Part shown: positions 1 through 10,600 of the stretch, piece by piece
Position numbering within the stretch: the first letter of the stretch is position 1
How the letters are laid out: each line of letters begins with the position of its first letter
Assembly: GCA_019057375.1 (NCBI GenBank)
Contig: DXJF01000011.1
Span: forward strand, 81,583-145,582
DNA from: Candidatus Heimdallarchaeota archaeon
GTDB lineage: Archaea > Asgardarchaeota > Heimdallarchaeia > Heimdallarchaeales > Heimdallarchaeaceae
Direction of reading: 5' to 3'
DNA length: 64,000 bases
The notes under the pieces: generated by a model
Databases searched by the model: none
Told to the model about the DNA's origin: nothing
The model's input: the letters and a program-made list of their open reading frames with translations, nothing else
Program-made: the position numbers and the translations under genes

Positions 1-1322
1 CCCAACCAGATCGCCCCCCTACCTGAGACTCTTGCGGAGTCCAAATGGGTATCGGGACCCGGTTTAGCCCCGTCCATTTTCTGAGCCCAACAACTCGATG
101 AGTAAGCTGTTACGCTTTTTTTAACGGATAGCTGCCTCTAAGCTTACCGCCTCATTGTCTTAGTCGTTGGACGTCATTCTGTTTAACATTTAACCGGGAT
201 TTAGGGCCCTTAACCCATTGTAGGGTTGTTCCCCTTTCGGCCATATCCCTTGCGGATACGCGCCCGTCTGTCGCCTTCTACAGCGCTTGCAAGTTCGGAG
301 TTGGAAGGGAGGGTGAGGATTTCACTCCCCAGAACCTCCCGTCCGTAGCTCTACCTCACAAGCCGCCTTCAGCGACGCTATCCTGTGGTGATACTTCGGG
401 GGGAACCAGCTATCAGCAGTTTAGATTGGTCTTTTGCCACTATCCCCAACTCAGAGGAATGAATTGCATATCAATAACCCTTCAGGCCTCCACGCTCCTT
501 TCGAAGCGCTTCACCTTGGTCAGGGATAGATCAACTGCTTTCGGGTCTTACACCTGTGACTTCACGCCCTTATCGGACGTCGCGCCTTGCCGAAGCTGCG
601 CGCTGGTCGCTTTCGCTACGCCACCGTATTAACTTAGGCTTGCCACAGACATAAACTCCTCGGCCCGTGTTTCAAGACGGAACGGATAACTCTGGTCCTC
701 TCAGCTCGTACTACCACCTCACGATGGGTTCCTTCACCGAGACTCTACCCTTTCAAGCCATCCACGTCTGTTACCATGTAGTTTCAGGGACTTTTCACTC
801 TCGTATTTCGAATACTTTTCAACTTTCACTCACGTTACTAGTGCGCTATCGGTCTAGGGGAGTATTTAGGCTTGGGAGTTAGTCCTCCCATATTTGCGCG
901 ACAAATCCAAGCCACGCTAGTCTTGATACTACTAAGCCGAGCGCTTACGTTTACGGGGTTATTACCCTCTATGACGCCCCTTTCCAGGGGCCTTCAACTT
1001 CACGCTTTCGGTCTATGTTGTAGTCAAAACACCACATCTACCTTAATTTTTCAAAAAAGGAATTCGGTTTGGCCTGTTCCGGTTTTACTCGCCGTTACTA
1101 CCGGAATCACAATTGTTTTCTTTTCCTGCAGGTACTTGAATGTTTTGGTTCCCTGCGTTCCCCGCCATTACTGGCTGTTACAGTTTATTAGACTGTAACC
1201 GGAAATCCGATTCGGGAATCTGTGGATCGTAGACTGTCTGCGTCTTCCCACAGCGTTTCGCCGCTTACCGCGCCCTTCATCGGCTCCCTAGCCGAGTCAT
1301 CCACTACATGGCGTATGCATAG
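1..1322 (-). rRNA. rrl: 23S rRNA, 5' portion (continues beyond window start)
   Basis: Minus strand near 1310 reads GTGGATGACTCGGCTAGGGAGCCGATGAAGGGCG, the conserved 23S 5' region; GC-rich conserved LSU motifs throughout; 5' end approximate. Confidence 0.96.
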
Positions 1323-1644
1323 TGTAGGTTACTCTAGAAATCAGTTTTCGCCTTCTAGGAGAGTTATTGTCAGCTAACTAAACGTAATCGTTTAGGGATT
1401 ATCATAAATCCTGGAGGTGATAAACACGCAAACTATTGCGCGAGTAGGGTTTTTATTCCCTTTGTTTATAATTGTTCCGTTTTTGAACATAATCGCAATC
1501 TTTCTGATCGCGTTCCTACCCGTTAAGGTAAGATACAACAGATAAGCAAACATCGATAGATATTCACATTATCAACAAAATGAGCTATAGATAAAAAGGT
1601 ATTGTTTTAAGATAAAATTTCCTTAAAGCTACGGAAGATTTTTA

Positions 1645-2088
1645 GTGCTTGAGAACGACTCTTATTTGAGTTACATGAACCTTGATGAACATCTCTCCGA
1701 ACTTAAACAACGTGCTGAAGAATCAAGTGTCAATGCTTTTGCTCCTTACAGTGATTTTATTATTGGTGCAGCTTTGCTAATGAAGAGTGGTAACATCTAT
1801 ACTGGATGTAATGTTGAGTTCTCAGATTATCTTGCTCTTCATGCTGAAGTTAATGCTATAGGGACAGCTATCAACAGTGGTGAAAATGATATTCAAGCTG
1901 TAGTAGTTTTTTCAAAAAGTTCACCACCTGTTCTACCTTGTGGATCATGTAGACAAAAATTATCTGAGTTCGCTCAGTTGAATAACCACGATATACAAGT
2001 GATTGCTTTTAACGATAAACAAGAGCAAATAGAGTTCTTACTAAGTGAACTTTTACCAGGAGCTAAGATACAAGTAAATAAAAAATAA
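1645..2088 (+). CDS. cdd: Cytidine deaminase
   Basis: APYSDF-IGAA, GCNVE, HAE and PCGSCRQ zinc motifs; likely start at ATG 1675. Confidence 0.93.
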   Translation: MLENDSYLSYMNLDEHLSELKQRAEESSVNAFAPYSDFIIGAALLMKSGNIYTGCNVEFSDYLALHAEVNAIGTAINSGENDIQAVVVFSKSSPPVLPCGSCRQKLSEFAQLNNHDIQVIAFNDKQEQIEFLLSELLPGAKIQVNKK

Positions 2089-2093
2089 CTTAC

Positions 2094-2276
2094 CTATTCA
2101 ATTATTTCGTAGTACATACAAGAGCCACATAACCAGAATTTCTTAATTTCAGTTAAATTATAATCATCAGGAAGATAGTTCTCTCTTTTGATCATTAATG
2201 CCCCACATTTTGGACATTCTTTTTGTTCATCACTCATAGACTTATCACATTCATCTAAACTTCTATACAAATGCAC
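2094..2276 (-). CDS. Small zinc-ribbon protein
   Basis: CPKCG...CGSC motifs in a 60 aa ORF. Confidence 0.55.
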   Translation of the reverse strand: MHLYRSLDECDKSMSDEQKECPKCGALMIKRENYLPDDYNLTEIKKFWLCGSCMYYEIIE

Positions 2277-2511
2277 ATTAATATTTTACGAAAGTCCTAG
2301 CGGAATCATTTGATTTTTAGGCTAGTAAAAACCCATTCTAAGCCTAGGTTGAAGAATGAATATAATTGGATTTGAGATCTATATACTACGAGTGAAATAA
2401 CCCTTTTCTTCCTTCCATTTGGATTTTAAAAGGGGCAGTCAAACATTATTAGAGACATACAAACAAAACATGATTATTAACAGAAATATAGAAGAAATTC
2501 AGAAGAGGAAA

Positions 2512-2616
2512 TTAAAGGAAGGACCCTTTGTGTAAGATTAAAGCTGTCATTGCTTTAGTTTTTTCCCTTTTGATTTGTTTTGCGATTGTCTCAAGAGTTT
2601 TTGCGTTCTTTTCCAT
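2512..2616 (-). CDS. Putative 34 aa small protein MEKNAKTLETIAKQIKREKTKAMTALILHKGSFL
   Basis: Hand-translated; SD-like AGGTG 6 nt upstream of ATG; no recognisable motif. Confidence 0.3.
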   Translation of the reverse strand: MEKNAKTLETIAKQIKREKTKAMTALILHKGSFL

Positions 2617-2717
2617 TTTTTGCACCTATCCTAACATAAGCTCTCCTTTTAAAATAGGTTAACCACAAGTTATGGTCACAAGTTGTGTCATAATCGCGAA
2701 AAAAATGATTGTAAAAA

Positions 2718-2753
2718 ATCTTACCACACAATTATAATTTTCTGTGGTAAGAT
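2718..2753. promoter_or_regulatory. Inverted repeat ATCTTACCAC-N16-GTGGTAAGAT, copy 1
   Basis: Perfect 10-bp arms; same arms and spacer length at 47615-47650. Confidence 0.6.
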
Positions 2754-2850
2754 ACATCTAATGACTTTTGGGGGGGTTAAATTCTGATTAACAAAACCCT
2801 CCTTTTCATCAATCCTTATAAATCGCTACTTCACACAACATGCGTTTATC

Positions 2851-3186
2851 ATGAAAGAAGTATTTCCGGAAGCAATAAGAAAACTACCTGAAGCAGATAT
2901 TCCCATACAAGGACTTACAGCCTTTTTATCCCAAGATAAGAATCATCAAATTGTCTTTATGCATTTCAATCAAGATGTAGAAGTTCCCGCACACTCACAT
3001 GGAGCTCAATGGGGAATTGTGCTAGAAGGGGAAATAGTATTAACAATAGAGGACAATGAACAAAAATATACTAAAGGAGATCGTTTCTATATTTTGGAAG
3101 GAGAGACACATTCCGCAGAAATACATGCAGGATATGCTAGCATGGAATTTTTTGCAGATAACGATAGATACAAAGCTAAGGAATAG
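2851..3186 (+). CDS. Cupin domain protein
   Basis: PAHSH...QWGIVLEGE and GETHSA cupin motifs. Confidence 0.88.
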   Translation: MKEVFPEAIRKLPEADIPIQGLTAFLSQDKNHQIVFMHFNQDVEVPAHSHGAQWGIVLEGEIVLTIEDNEQKYTKGDRFYILEGETHSAEIHAGYASMEFFADNDRYKAKE

Positions 3187-3198
3187 AGATAAATTAAT

Positions 3199-3273
3199 TT
3201 AAGCTGGTGACCAAAATGGTGGAGTTATGCTTTCGTCGCCATCTTCAGGATCGTATTTCGGTTCATTCATCAT
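3199..3273 (-). CDS. Micro-peptide A, MMNEPKYDPEDGDESITPPFWSPA (YDP...PPxWxP family)
   Basis: Hand-translated; matches peptides at 15088, 17020, 45299, 45600, 45772; SD-like GAGATGA upstream; alternative in-frame ATG at 3279. Confidence 0.85.
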   Translation of the reverse strand: MMNEPKYDPEDGDESITPPFWSPA

Positions 3274-3309
3274 GTTCATCTCAGGAAAGGTTATCATTTT
3301 AGTTAGACA

Positions 3310-3343
3310 AAGCTATTAAAGCACCCCAAAGAAAAGACTGACA
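3310..3343 (-). promoter_or_regulatory. Conserved 34-bp element upstream of micro-peptide A
   Basis: TGTCAGTCTTTTCTTTGGGGTGCTTTAATAGCTT, near-identical to 45227-45260 and similar to 45700-45733. Confidence 0.7.
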
Positions 3344-3451
3344 GTTACAGCTATTTCTGATTGGAAGAGTTGGCTAATAGATAATTGGCTTGATGAGTTT
3401 GAAAGATTAAAACCTTATTTTCTTAATTCAGAGCAATTATGACAACTAAAA

Positions 3452-3512
3452 AACTCCAAGGAATACAAGAACCCCGAGAGAAAGATTCTACAGAAGTAGA
3501 GAAATAAGGGGT
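3452..3512 (-). repeat. Copy 1 of 16S 3' processing-stem arm
   Basis: Plus strand CTCCAAGGAATACAAGAACCCCGAGA...CTACAGAAGTAGAGAA; homologous to 7098-7156 and 12626-12685; complementary in the transcript to 14391-14444. Confidence 0.85.
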
Positions 3513-3603
3513 GAAAGAACGAGTTTTATTAAATAGAAATTGTAAAAGTTGTTTCAAATGTTGTGCTTAGAAACAATTTTGAAGATTATATAAAATATCA
3601 AGG

Positions 3604-6600
3604 TTAATTTATGTTTTCAACATATTTTATTATTTCATGACTTATCATGTAACTTATTCTTTTTCCAATACCATCAATTAAATTTGACATAAAAATATCT
3701 CCTGCGTATGTATCCTCCATAATCTCAAGAATCAAAGATGGATTTATATGGTGGAAGATATCCAATAGAATTTTTGGATTGTAATTGCTTTCTACATGGG
3801 TTGCTGCATATGTTAACCAAAGAACATCCTCTTTATTTCTGATTAATTGCACTAAATTTGGTATTAATTTTATAGCTATATCTTCTTCTAAGCCTGCAAT
3901 TTCTAGAAAAGGATAAACTACCGTATCAAATGAATAATCATAATTTAGTATAATTGATTCAGAATTAATTTTATCTATTAAAAATACAGTTAGATCTTTG
4001 TTAAATACACATAATCCTTTGATAAAATGAAACAAATCAACAATATTCCATTTATCTTCTAGCTTATTTTTAATAAAATCAGAATCAAGTATAGAATTTA
4101 TATCTAAAAGAAGATCGTTTTTTGCAATATATCTCAGAGAATACAAAGTAACACCAATGTCATGAAGATCTTTTTCCGTTTTTATTTTTTCATAAAGAAC
4201 ATCCTTATCTAGTAATACAAGTATTCGAGAAATTAAATCCTCAGAAAAAAGTGATGCACTACTCAAAAGACATTTAACACCAATTAAATCTTCAGAACAA
4301 TTAACTTTTTCAACTAAATTCTTAATATTTTTCTTGTTCAATACAAGATTAATTGAGTCTGTTTCACCTAAAAAATCTAAAATTATCTCTATCTGAGACA
4401 AGTTTGTTTCAGAGTCAATTCTTTTCGTAAAATAATCAAAAATTCTTGTTTTTTTGATATTAAACTGTTTGTTTTTTCCTAAGTTATAATAAAAAAGTTT
4501 ATTCATGAAATTAATAAGATGAATAAAATCTTCATGCTCTATTGTTTTACTCAAAATGATAGATTTTCCAATGATTCCAGAGGCTATCTTAGCTAGATTA
4601 TAATTTTGGTTGATTATAGTACTAAGAAAAGAAAACGAACTATCAGGCAATATCCAGTTTATTCTCTTCAAAATTTTTCTGATTTTAATTTTCCTAAGAA
4701 ATATTCTTATATTTTTATTACTCATTTGCCAAAATAAAGATTCAATACTTTGTACAAACATCTTGCAATCTATAACATTTTTGAATTTCTTAATAAGAAT
4801 ATTCAGATATTCTTTTTGGTACTTCGAAATGATGAATCTTTCATAAAGCATTGTTATAAAGTATAAATCTTCTTCGTACTTCATGCTTTCTAATAAATAT
4901 TTCATAATCTCTCCGTCGCTAAGAAGATAATCAACAATACCTTTGGTATTATCATTCATAAGAAATTTCAAAATTTTAATTTTATAATCCTCATTTGAGT
5001 GAAGTATGTACTCTTTGAAGAGATTAAAATCATCCTCGTATCTTTCACCAAGTAAAAGTCGCAAATTATAGGAAATGCAATTTGAGAATTTTATTGCAGA
5101 ATAATAGAGCTGTGCAACAGATTGATGTGACAGAATATAAGTAATCTGAAAATAAGCACTACCAATGTGATGAATGTTGTGTTTTTCGTATAAATTCCAA
5201 ACGTTTGATATATGGACTATTTCTACTGGATAGTATAGCAAATGTTCAATTATTTCATGCTTTTCTAACAAATATTCAAGGATATGATTATGAATTTTTA
5301 AATTCTGAATTAGATAATTTTTCTCAACCCTAATATTATGTTTGGAGAATACAGATAAAATAAATACACAATCATAAAATTGATCAAGCTCTTTATGATT
5401 AAAAACTTCATCTAGACTTTCAAGTATATATTGATAGATTTCCTCTTCATGAACTTCACATTTTTCATGATCTATTGAGTTTAGAGCAAATTCTAACAAC
5501 CACAAATCTTGCCAATACTTACTCAATTGAATTTGAAGTTTAGAAAAGTTATTATGATTTCGCAAATTAGAATCATTCGGTATATGTTTTTTTACGATTT
5601 CTTCAGCAATTTCTTCAGCTGTAATTTTTAATATGGGATTTCTCTCAAATTCAGAATTTCCTCTTATTTTGAATTCAATAAGTCTTGTTCCTGCAAGTAC
5701 CAAGCTTTTTGAAGACGCATTATGTAATTTACATATGTTATTAAAAGAATTGAGATTTTCATGAATATCATCAAGAATTATTAATGGTTCTTTTCTATCA
5801 TATAGAAGTATTTTGCAAAGTTCTTCTATTTTTTCACGATTTTCTTCCTTAAAACTCAGATAATATACTGGTCGTTTTTTTGCCAATATAAAACCCACGT
5901 GCTTCAAGAATACAGATTTTCCTGATGCTGAATCACCTAAAACTATAGTTCTTTTCTGTTTTTCCAATTCTTGAATGCATTCTTTAAGTACTCTTCTTTC
6001 AACTATTTTTCCTTCCTCAAAATTTGACCAAACAGGTATTTTTTGTTTACTTTCAAAAACCTGATCTTTCCTTAAAACATGCTCAATCGAGTTTTTTTCT
6101 ATTTCCAAATATATGTATGAACTAGATCCCTTCTCTCTCAAGTAATCATGTATAATATGTTTCTTAATTGTCGTTCCTTTACAATAATTTTTAGAATTAA
6201 TGTGACCAAGAAAGTATCTTATATTGCTTTTGTTTGTTTGATATCCATATTGTTCAGCAATTTCTATTATATGATCTTCTAGTGAATCAAGTTGGATACA
6301 TTTGAATTCTACTTTTTTAATGAAATCTGATAGAATATCAACTGTTATTTTACTACCAAACATTTCAGAATAATTTTCCGGAATAATTTTACATATATCC
6401 GATAGTTCTTCTTTTGGTATTATAATTTTTGAATCTGAAAAAAACTCATCTTTGATAGGTATATTACTATAAAAAACGAAAGTCTCAACTCCTTTTGAAC
6501 GAACCAATAATTGAAGCAAAGGACCTCTTTTTCCTGAATAGAAAAGTTGTTTTGGAGTCCAGCTACTGCTGCTTTGGATACTTTTAGCTTCCCCAATGCA

Positions 6601-6741
6601 GATTTTTCTTCCGTTAGTATAAAAAGAACTGTCTTCATAGTTTTTTTCTATAGAAAATTCATCATATTTGTTTGATAGAATATGGTATAGTGCAGTTAAA
6701 ATTTGGTAATTAAATTTATGTCCAAGATGCTCATCTATCAT
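3604..6741 (-). CDS. Putative nuclease-STAND NTPase with C-terminal helical repeats (defence candidate)
   Basis: N-terminal GHKFNYQ...EKNYED...GEAK (PD-(D/E)xK, Cap4/DUF4297-like); Walker A GDSASGKS; Walker B LIILDD; ~40 aa helical repeats at C-terminus. Confidence 0.6.
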   Translation of the reverse strand: MIDEHLGHKFNYQILTALYHILSNKYDEFSIEKNYEDSSFYTNGRKICIGEAKSIQSSSSWTPKQLFYSGKRGPLLQLLVRSKGVETFVFYSNIPIKDEFFSDSKIIIPKEELSDICKIIPENYSEMFGSKITVDILSDFIKKVEFKCIQLDSLEDHIIEIAEQYGYQTNKSNIRYFLGHINSKNYCKGTTIKKHIIHDYLREKGSSSYIYLEIEKNSIEHVLRKDQVFESKQKIPVWSNFEEGKIVERRVLKECIQELEKQKRTIVLGDSASGKSVFLKHVGFILAKKRPVYYLSFKEENREKIEELCKILLYDRKEPLIILDDIHENLNSFNNICKLHNASSKSLVLAGTRLIEFKIRGNSEFERNPILKITAEEIAEEIVKKHIPNDSNLRNHNNFSKLQIQLSKYWQDLWLLEFALNSIDHEKCEVHEEEIYQYILESLDEVFNHKELDQFYDCVFILSVFSKHNIRVEKNYLIQNLKIHNHILEYLLEKHEIIEHLLYYPVEIVHISNVWNLYEKHNIHHIGSAYFQITYILSHQSVAQLYYSAIKFSNCISYNLRLLLGERYEDDFNLFKEYILHSNEDYKIKILKFLMNDNTKGIVDYLLSDGEIMKYLLESMKYEEDLYFITMLYERFIISKYQKEYLNILIKKFKNVIDCKMFVQSIESLFWQMSNKNIRIFLRKIKIRKILKRINWILPDSSFSFLSTIINQNYNLAKIASGIIGKSIILSKTIEHEDFIHLINFMNKLFYYNLGKNKQFNIKKTRIFDYFTKRIDSETNLSQIEIILDFLGETDSINLVLNKKNIKNLVEKVNCSEDLIGVKCLLSSASLFSEDLISRILVLLDKDVLYEKIKTEKDLHDIGVTLYSLRYIAKNDLLLDINSILDSDFIKNKLEDKWNIVDLFHFIKGLCVFNKDLTVFLIDKINSESIILNYDYSFDTVVYPFLEIAGLEEDIAIKLIPNLVQLIRNKEDVLWLTYAATHVESNYNPKILLDIFHHINPSLILEIMEDTYAGDIFMSNLIDGIGKRISYMISHEIIKYVENIN

Positions 6742-7097
6742 ACAAATATCATCTTTTTTGTTTATTTCAATAAAGTTTGAAATTAAATATCGAATTCAAC
6801 TTAATCTATATGTTATTTTTTACAAAGCTACTTAAATGCTTTTTTTTCTATTGGTAAAGATGAAAAATTAATATTTATAGATAAATGGAAACCTTTTGAA
6901 GATTTTGAGAGAAATATGAATAAGTTGTTAGAAACTCTAGAAGTATTAATTTAAGATATCATATTGAGAGAAATATAAGTAAAACCTGAATAAGTTAATT
7001 ATATAGATATATGGATGAATGCTAATTTGTTGGAAGAATTTACTTCAATTAAACATTATTTTTACTAAAATAAATTTCAAACTATGAAGAATAAATA

Positions 7098-7204
7098 CCC
7101 CCAAATAATACAAGAACCCCGAGAATAAGATTCTACAGAAGTAGAGAATAAAGGGTTGGGGTTGGGAAGTCTTGAAAACTTCCGAACGTAGGAGGTGATC
7201 CATC
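7098..7204 (-). repeat. Duplicated 16S 3' terminus + hairpin + processing-stem arm (copy 2; att-like scar)
   Basis: AACGTAGGAGGTGATCCATC at 7185-7204 identical to 12766-12785; hairpin 7165-7183; arm 7098-7156. Confidence 0.88.
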
Positions 7205-7250
7205 AGCTTTGAATTAAAAATTCCTTGGGGTTTAACAATGCAAGTTTATA

Positions 7251-7562
7251 TTAAATATCAATGTAACAGTTCCTGATAAGAAAATGCTTGGTAGTTGAGG
7301 TAATATGGATTCCAAAGGAAGTGCTAGACGTAATATTGTAGTTCTCAATCAAGTAAGGATCTTCATATGTACCTGAACCTGGAAAAGCTAAGAAATCTTC
7401 ATCTGAAGTAATCTCTATAGGGTCATGGTTTGTAAGATAATTAGTGTTATTAGATTGGTTAGCTTTAGTTTCTCCGTCAACAGTAATTGTTACAGAAACT
7501 AAAAAACAAAGTAGGATAAGTGTTCTTCTACATCTAGGGGACATAGTATTCTCTAGATTCAC
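7251..7562 (-). pseudogene. Truncated secreted right-handed parallel beta-helix (NosD-like) protein
   Basis: Signal-like hydrophobic segment then HDPIEITSDEDF...GSGTYEDPYLIENYNI, a typical N-terminus of such proteins; stops after 103 aa, ~45 nt from the duplicated 16S end. Confidence 0.65.
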
Positions 7563-7655
7563 TTAATTATTCTATATAAACCAGCAAGAAATTATTCAAT
7601 ACATTTTGGTTTTACCACGTTTTTAAGTCATTTTAATTATAATAACTCAGAAACA

Positions 7656-10600
7656 ATGAGAAACAGAATTTGGCTTTGTAAAATCCTCTTATTGGCTAGC
7701 ATACTTTGTGGAGGCTTTCTTCTAATTAACAGTGAGGTTGAAGCTGAACCAGGATTAAGAGATGTGACAACCAATGCTTTATTACCTTATGATATTAATT
7801 TTGAATTTAACTTCTCTGGCAGTGAAGAAGTTTATAATTTGCATTCAAATCAAATTGAATTAGGAGAACTAAATAAACTCACACTTTCTTTCCGAGTAAA
7901 CGGTATGAGCGGTTCTCCAGGATTAAAAATAGTGTTCATTTTCATGACTATTAAAGTTGGATTTGTTGTTGACCGAATTTTTAATGATGATACTTTACAC
8001 AATTTAACTGAGACTTTTCTTTTTCCTCACAACTATTCAGGTAGTATGGATATTACTGTCATTTGTAGTGGTAGTTCAACTTCTACAAGAAATGGATTTC
8101 TTACCATATTTAATAGCACTAAAATAGAACAAATGAATATTCCCACAATATCAGAGGATTCTTTTTCTCTTCCAACTTCCCAGGATTGGGTGATGTTCAA
8201 AGGTAATATATATTCTTGGAATAGAGGAGGAATTACATCTGCTTTTTACAATTACGATGAAATGGCACTAGTAAGTCTTAACATATCCTTCTCTTCAAAT
8301 TATTTTCAGTCAATAGAAAATGTAGTTGAAATTTCTTTAAATGGTAATTTTGTTGCAGAAGATTATTTCATTGAAGATTTAAGTAATAATATTGATATTC
8401 AATTTCAACCTGAAATAGGTTTGAATCTCTTATCATTGAATTTCTCTGTTTCTTATTCCTTTAATCCAATTTATATTTCAAATATCTCTCTTTTTGGCTC
8501 TCTTTTTAATTATGAATCTAGCAGTTCTACTTCAGATTCATTTAGTTGGGAAAGTGGTTTTTTTTCCTACTCTTTTGATTTATCTACGTTAAAACCCCCT
8601 GGGTACTATTCAGAACAAGTTCTTCACTTAACAATCAATTACCAATGTTTCGGAATGAAAATCTCTTCAGGAATAAACTATTTTCTAAAAATAGGGACAT
8701 CTATTCTCGAGGAAGGAACCATAAGCTATCTCGAGCAAATGTATGAGAATAATAGTTTAAAGATCGAGACCTTTACTACGGAATATCACAACCCTCTTAC
8801 GTTTAAAATTTTCGGCACTTCGAATGGGGTGGGAGGACTTACTATTTTAAATTCAAGTACGATTGAAATATCTCACATAGGTGAGCTAACAAAACAACCT
8901 TTGAGTAGAACCATAGCAGATGAAAGAAGTGTTAATGGTCCTTCTCTTGCTGTTTCGCTTAGTTTTTATGATGTCTTTCAAACTTATAGGATTGCAGCTC
9001 CTGTACAATTAGCTGTTAATTTTAATACAGTTTCTACTTATGAACATCCCTTTGATTTACTTACAGTAACAGTCAAAATTGATGGTGTAAGAGTAATATC
9101 AAAAAATGTTCATATTCTCGGTTTTGCAAATTTTAGTAAAGAATTTTCCTTAGAACATGGGTATCACGAAGTTAGAATAAATTTCCAATTTTCTGGCATT
9201 AATACTCCTCTCACAGTAGAACAATTGAAGTACCAACTAGCTTTACAAATTGAAGAAGAAATTACTGTCTCAACAGCACTCTCTTATGCTCGTCAATCAA
9301 CATTCTATCTTCTAGCCTTTTACGCCCTCCTCTATGTCCTTCTAGATGTTAAAGAAATAAATCGAGAGAGAATCAAGGAAAAAGAAAGTTCTATTCGTGA
9401 AGATTCTATCGAAGATGCAAATGATGACTCTAGGAATTTATTACGTACGGCTCTCATGGTTGTTGTAAATATATCTATTAATTTGACTCCTTCTGTTTTC
9501 TTCTTGTTGCATGGAATTAATTACTGGTTTATTTTACCCTTAAGCTTCTTTGTAGCTTTACATTTCAGTATCAAAATTCTCTTTTCGAATTTTTCGAAAG
9601 ATGCAATAGTTGGGTTTTGGAACAAAACAAGAGACTTCTTTAGAGATATCTATTCCCTCTCAGGCTTTCTTAATAAAGTTACAAGATCATTCGGAAAACT
9701 CTCTTTTAGAAGCTTAACTAGATTATTGGTCTTCGCTATAGCTTTTCTGAGCTTTGGCTTATTGTTTTTCTTGGCAGATAATATTCCTTCAAATGCTGTC
9801 AAGGAAGTCTGGATTGTCTATGCTCTTTTGCTAGTTTGTATTGTTATATCCTCTCTTACTTTATTCTACACCCTTCATTTAGTTAGAGACATGGCTTTTA
9901 TAGAGGACAATCTGAAAAGAATAAAGAGGTTAGGTTATGCTTCCATCACACTTGTTGCTGGTTTTCTATTTGTTCTTATCAGCATGTTAGGCACTAAACT
10001 CAGTCTTTCAAGCATCTGGGGTTTCCTTTCTCCAATCCTCCTTTTTGGTATTTTTCGTACAACAACTAAACTAGGAAAGATTTCTGCCAAAGAAGAAAAG
10101 CTCTCCTTTGACGATTTTCTGGATAAAGGAATGTTCTTCACTGATAAGAAGGAGATGCGAAAAGCTGTCAGTTTTGGTATCAATACTCGCTCTACTTGGG
10201 AAAAGAAAGGGTATGAACTCCAGAAACATCAGATAAAAGGTGTTATCGCTTACGATTACAACCCTGGAGATAAGATCAATCTCTATGAACTGGCTGAGAA
10301 GATTAAACTCCCCTTTAAGAAAACAGAGGAACTTGTTCAGGAGATAGAAAAAGAAGTTCCTAGATTAGGAAAATATGACCCTCAATCTAAAATCTATACC
10401 AAGAGCAAAGAGAATATTATAGAAGCTCAGGAAATTCAGGAAAAAATTGTTCCAGATAAATATGAAAATGAAGAAAAGAATGTAGAGATGAGTAAAATAC
10501 CAACAAAGAATATTTCTACAAAAGAAAGATTTCAGAAGCTGCTTGAAGAGGTAGTAGGAGAGAGTGACGAGGAGAAGAGGAGAACTCTAGAATATGTGAA

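Noticed and set aside
426-1198. ORFs 426..632, 667..882, 872..1198
   Set aside because: Antisense to 23S rRNA; spurious
2356-2535. Plus-strand frame with an internal stop (MNIIGF...VK*PFSS...EGPFV)
   Set aside because: Possible pseudogene fragment, no recognisable homology, overlaps the minus-strand 34 aa ORF
6800-6955. Start-less frame ending ...DKWKPFEDFERNMNKLLETLEVLI
   Set aside because: Looks like a gene remnant but is too short to assign
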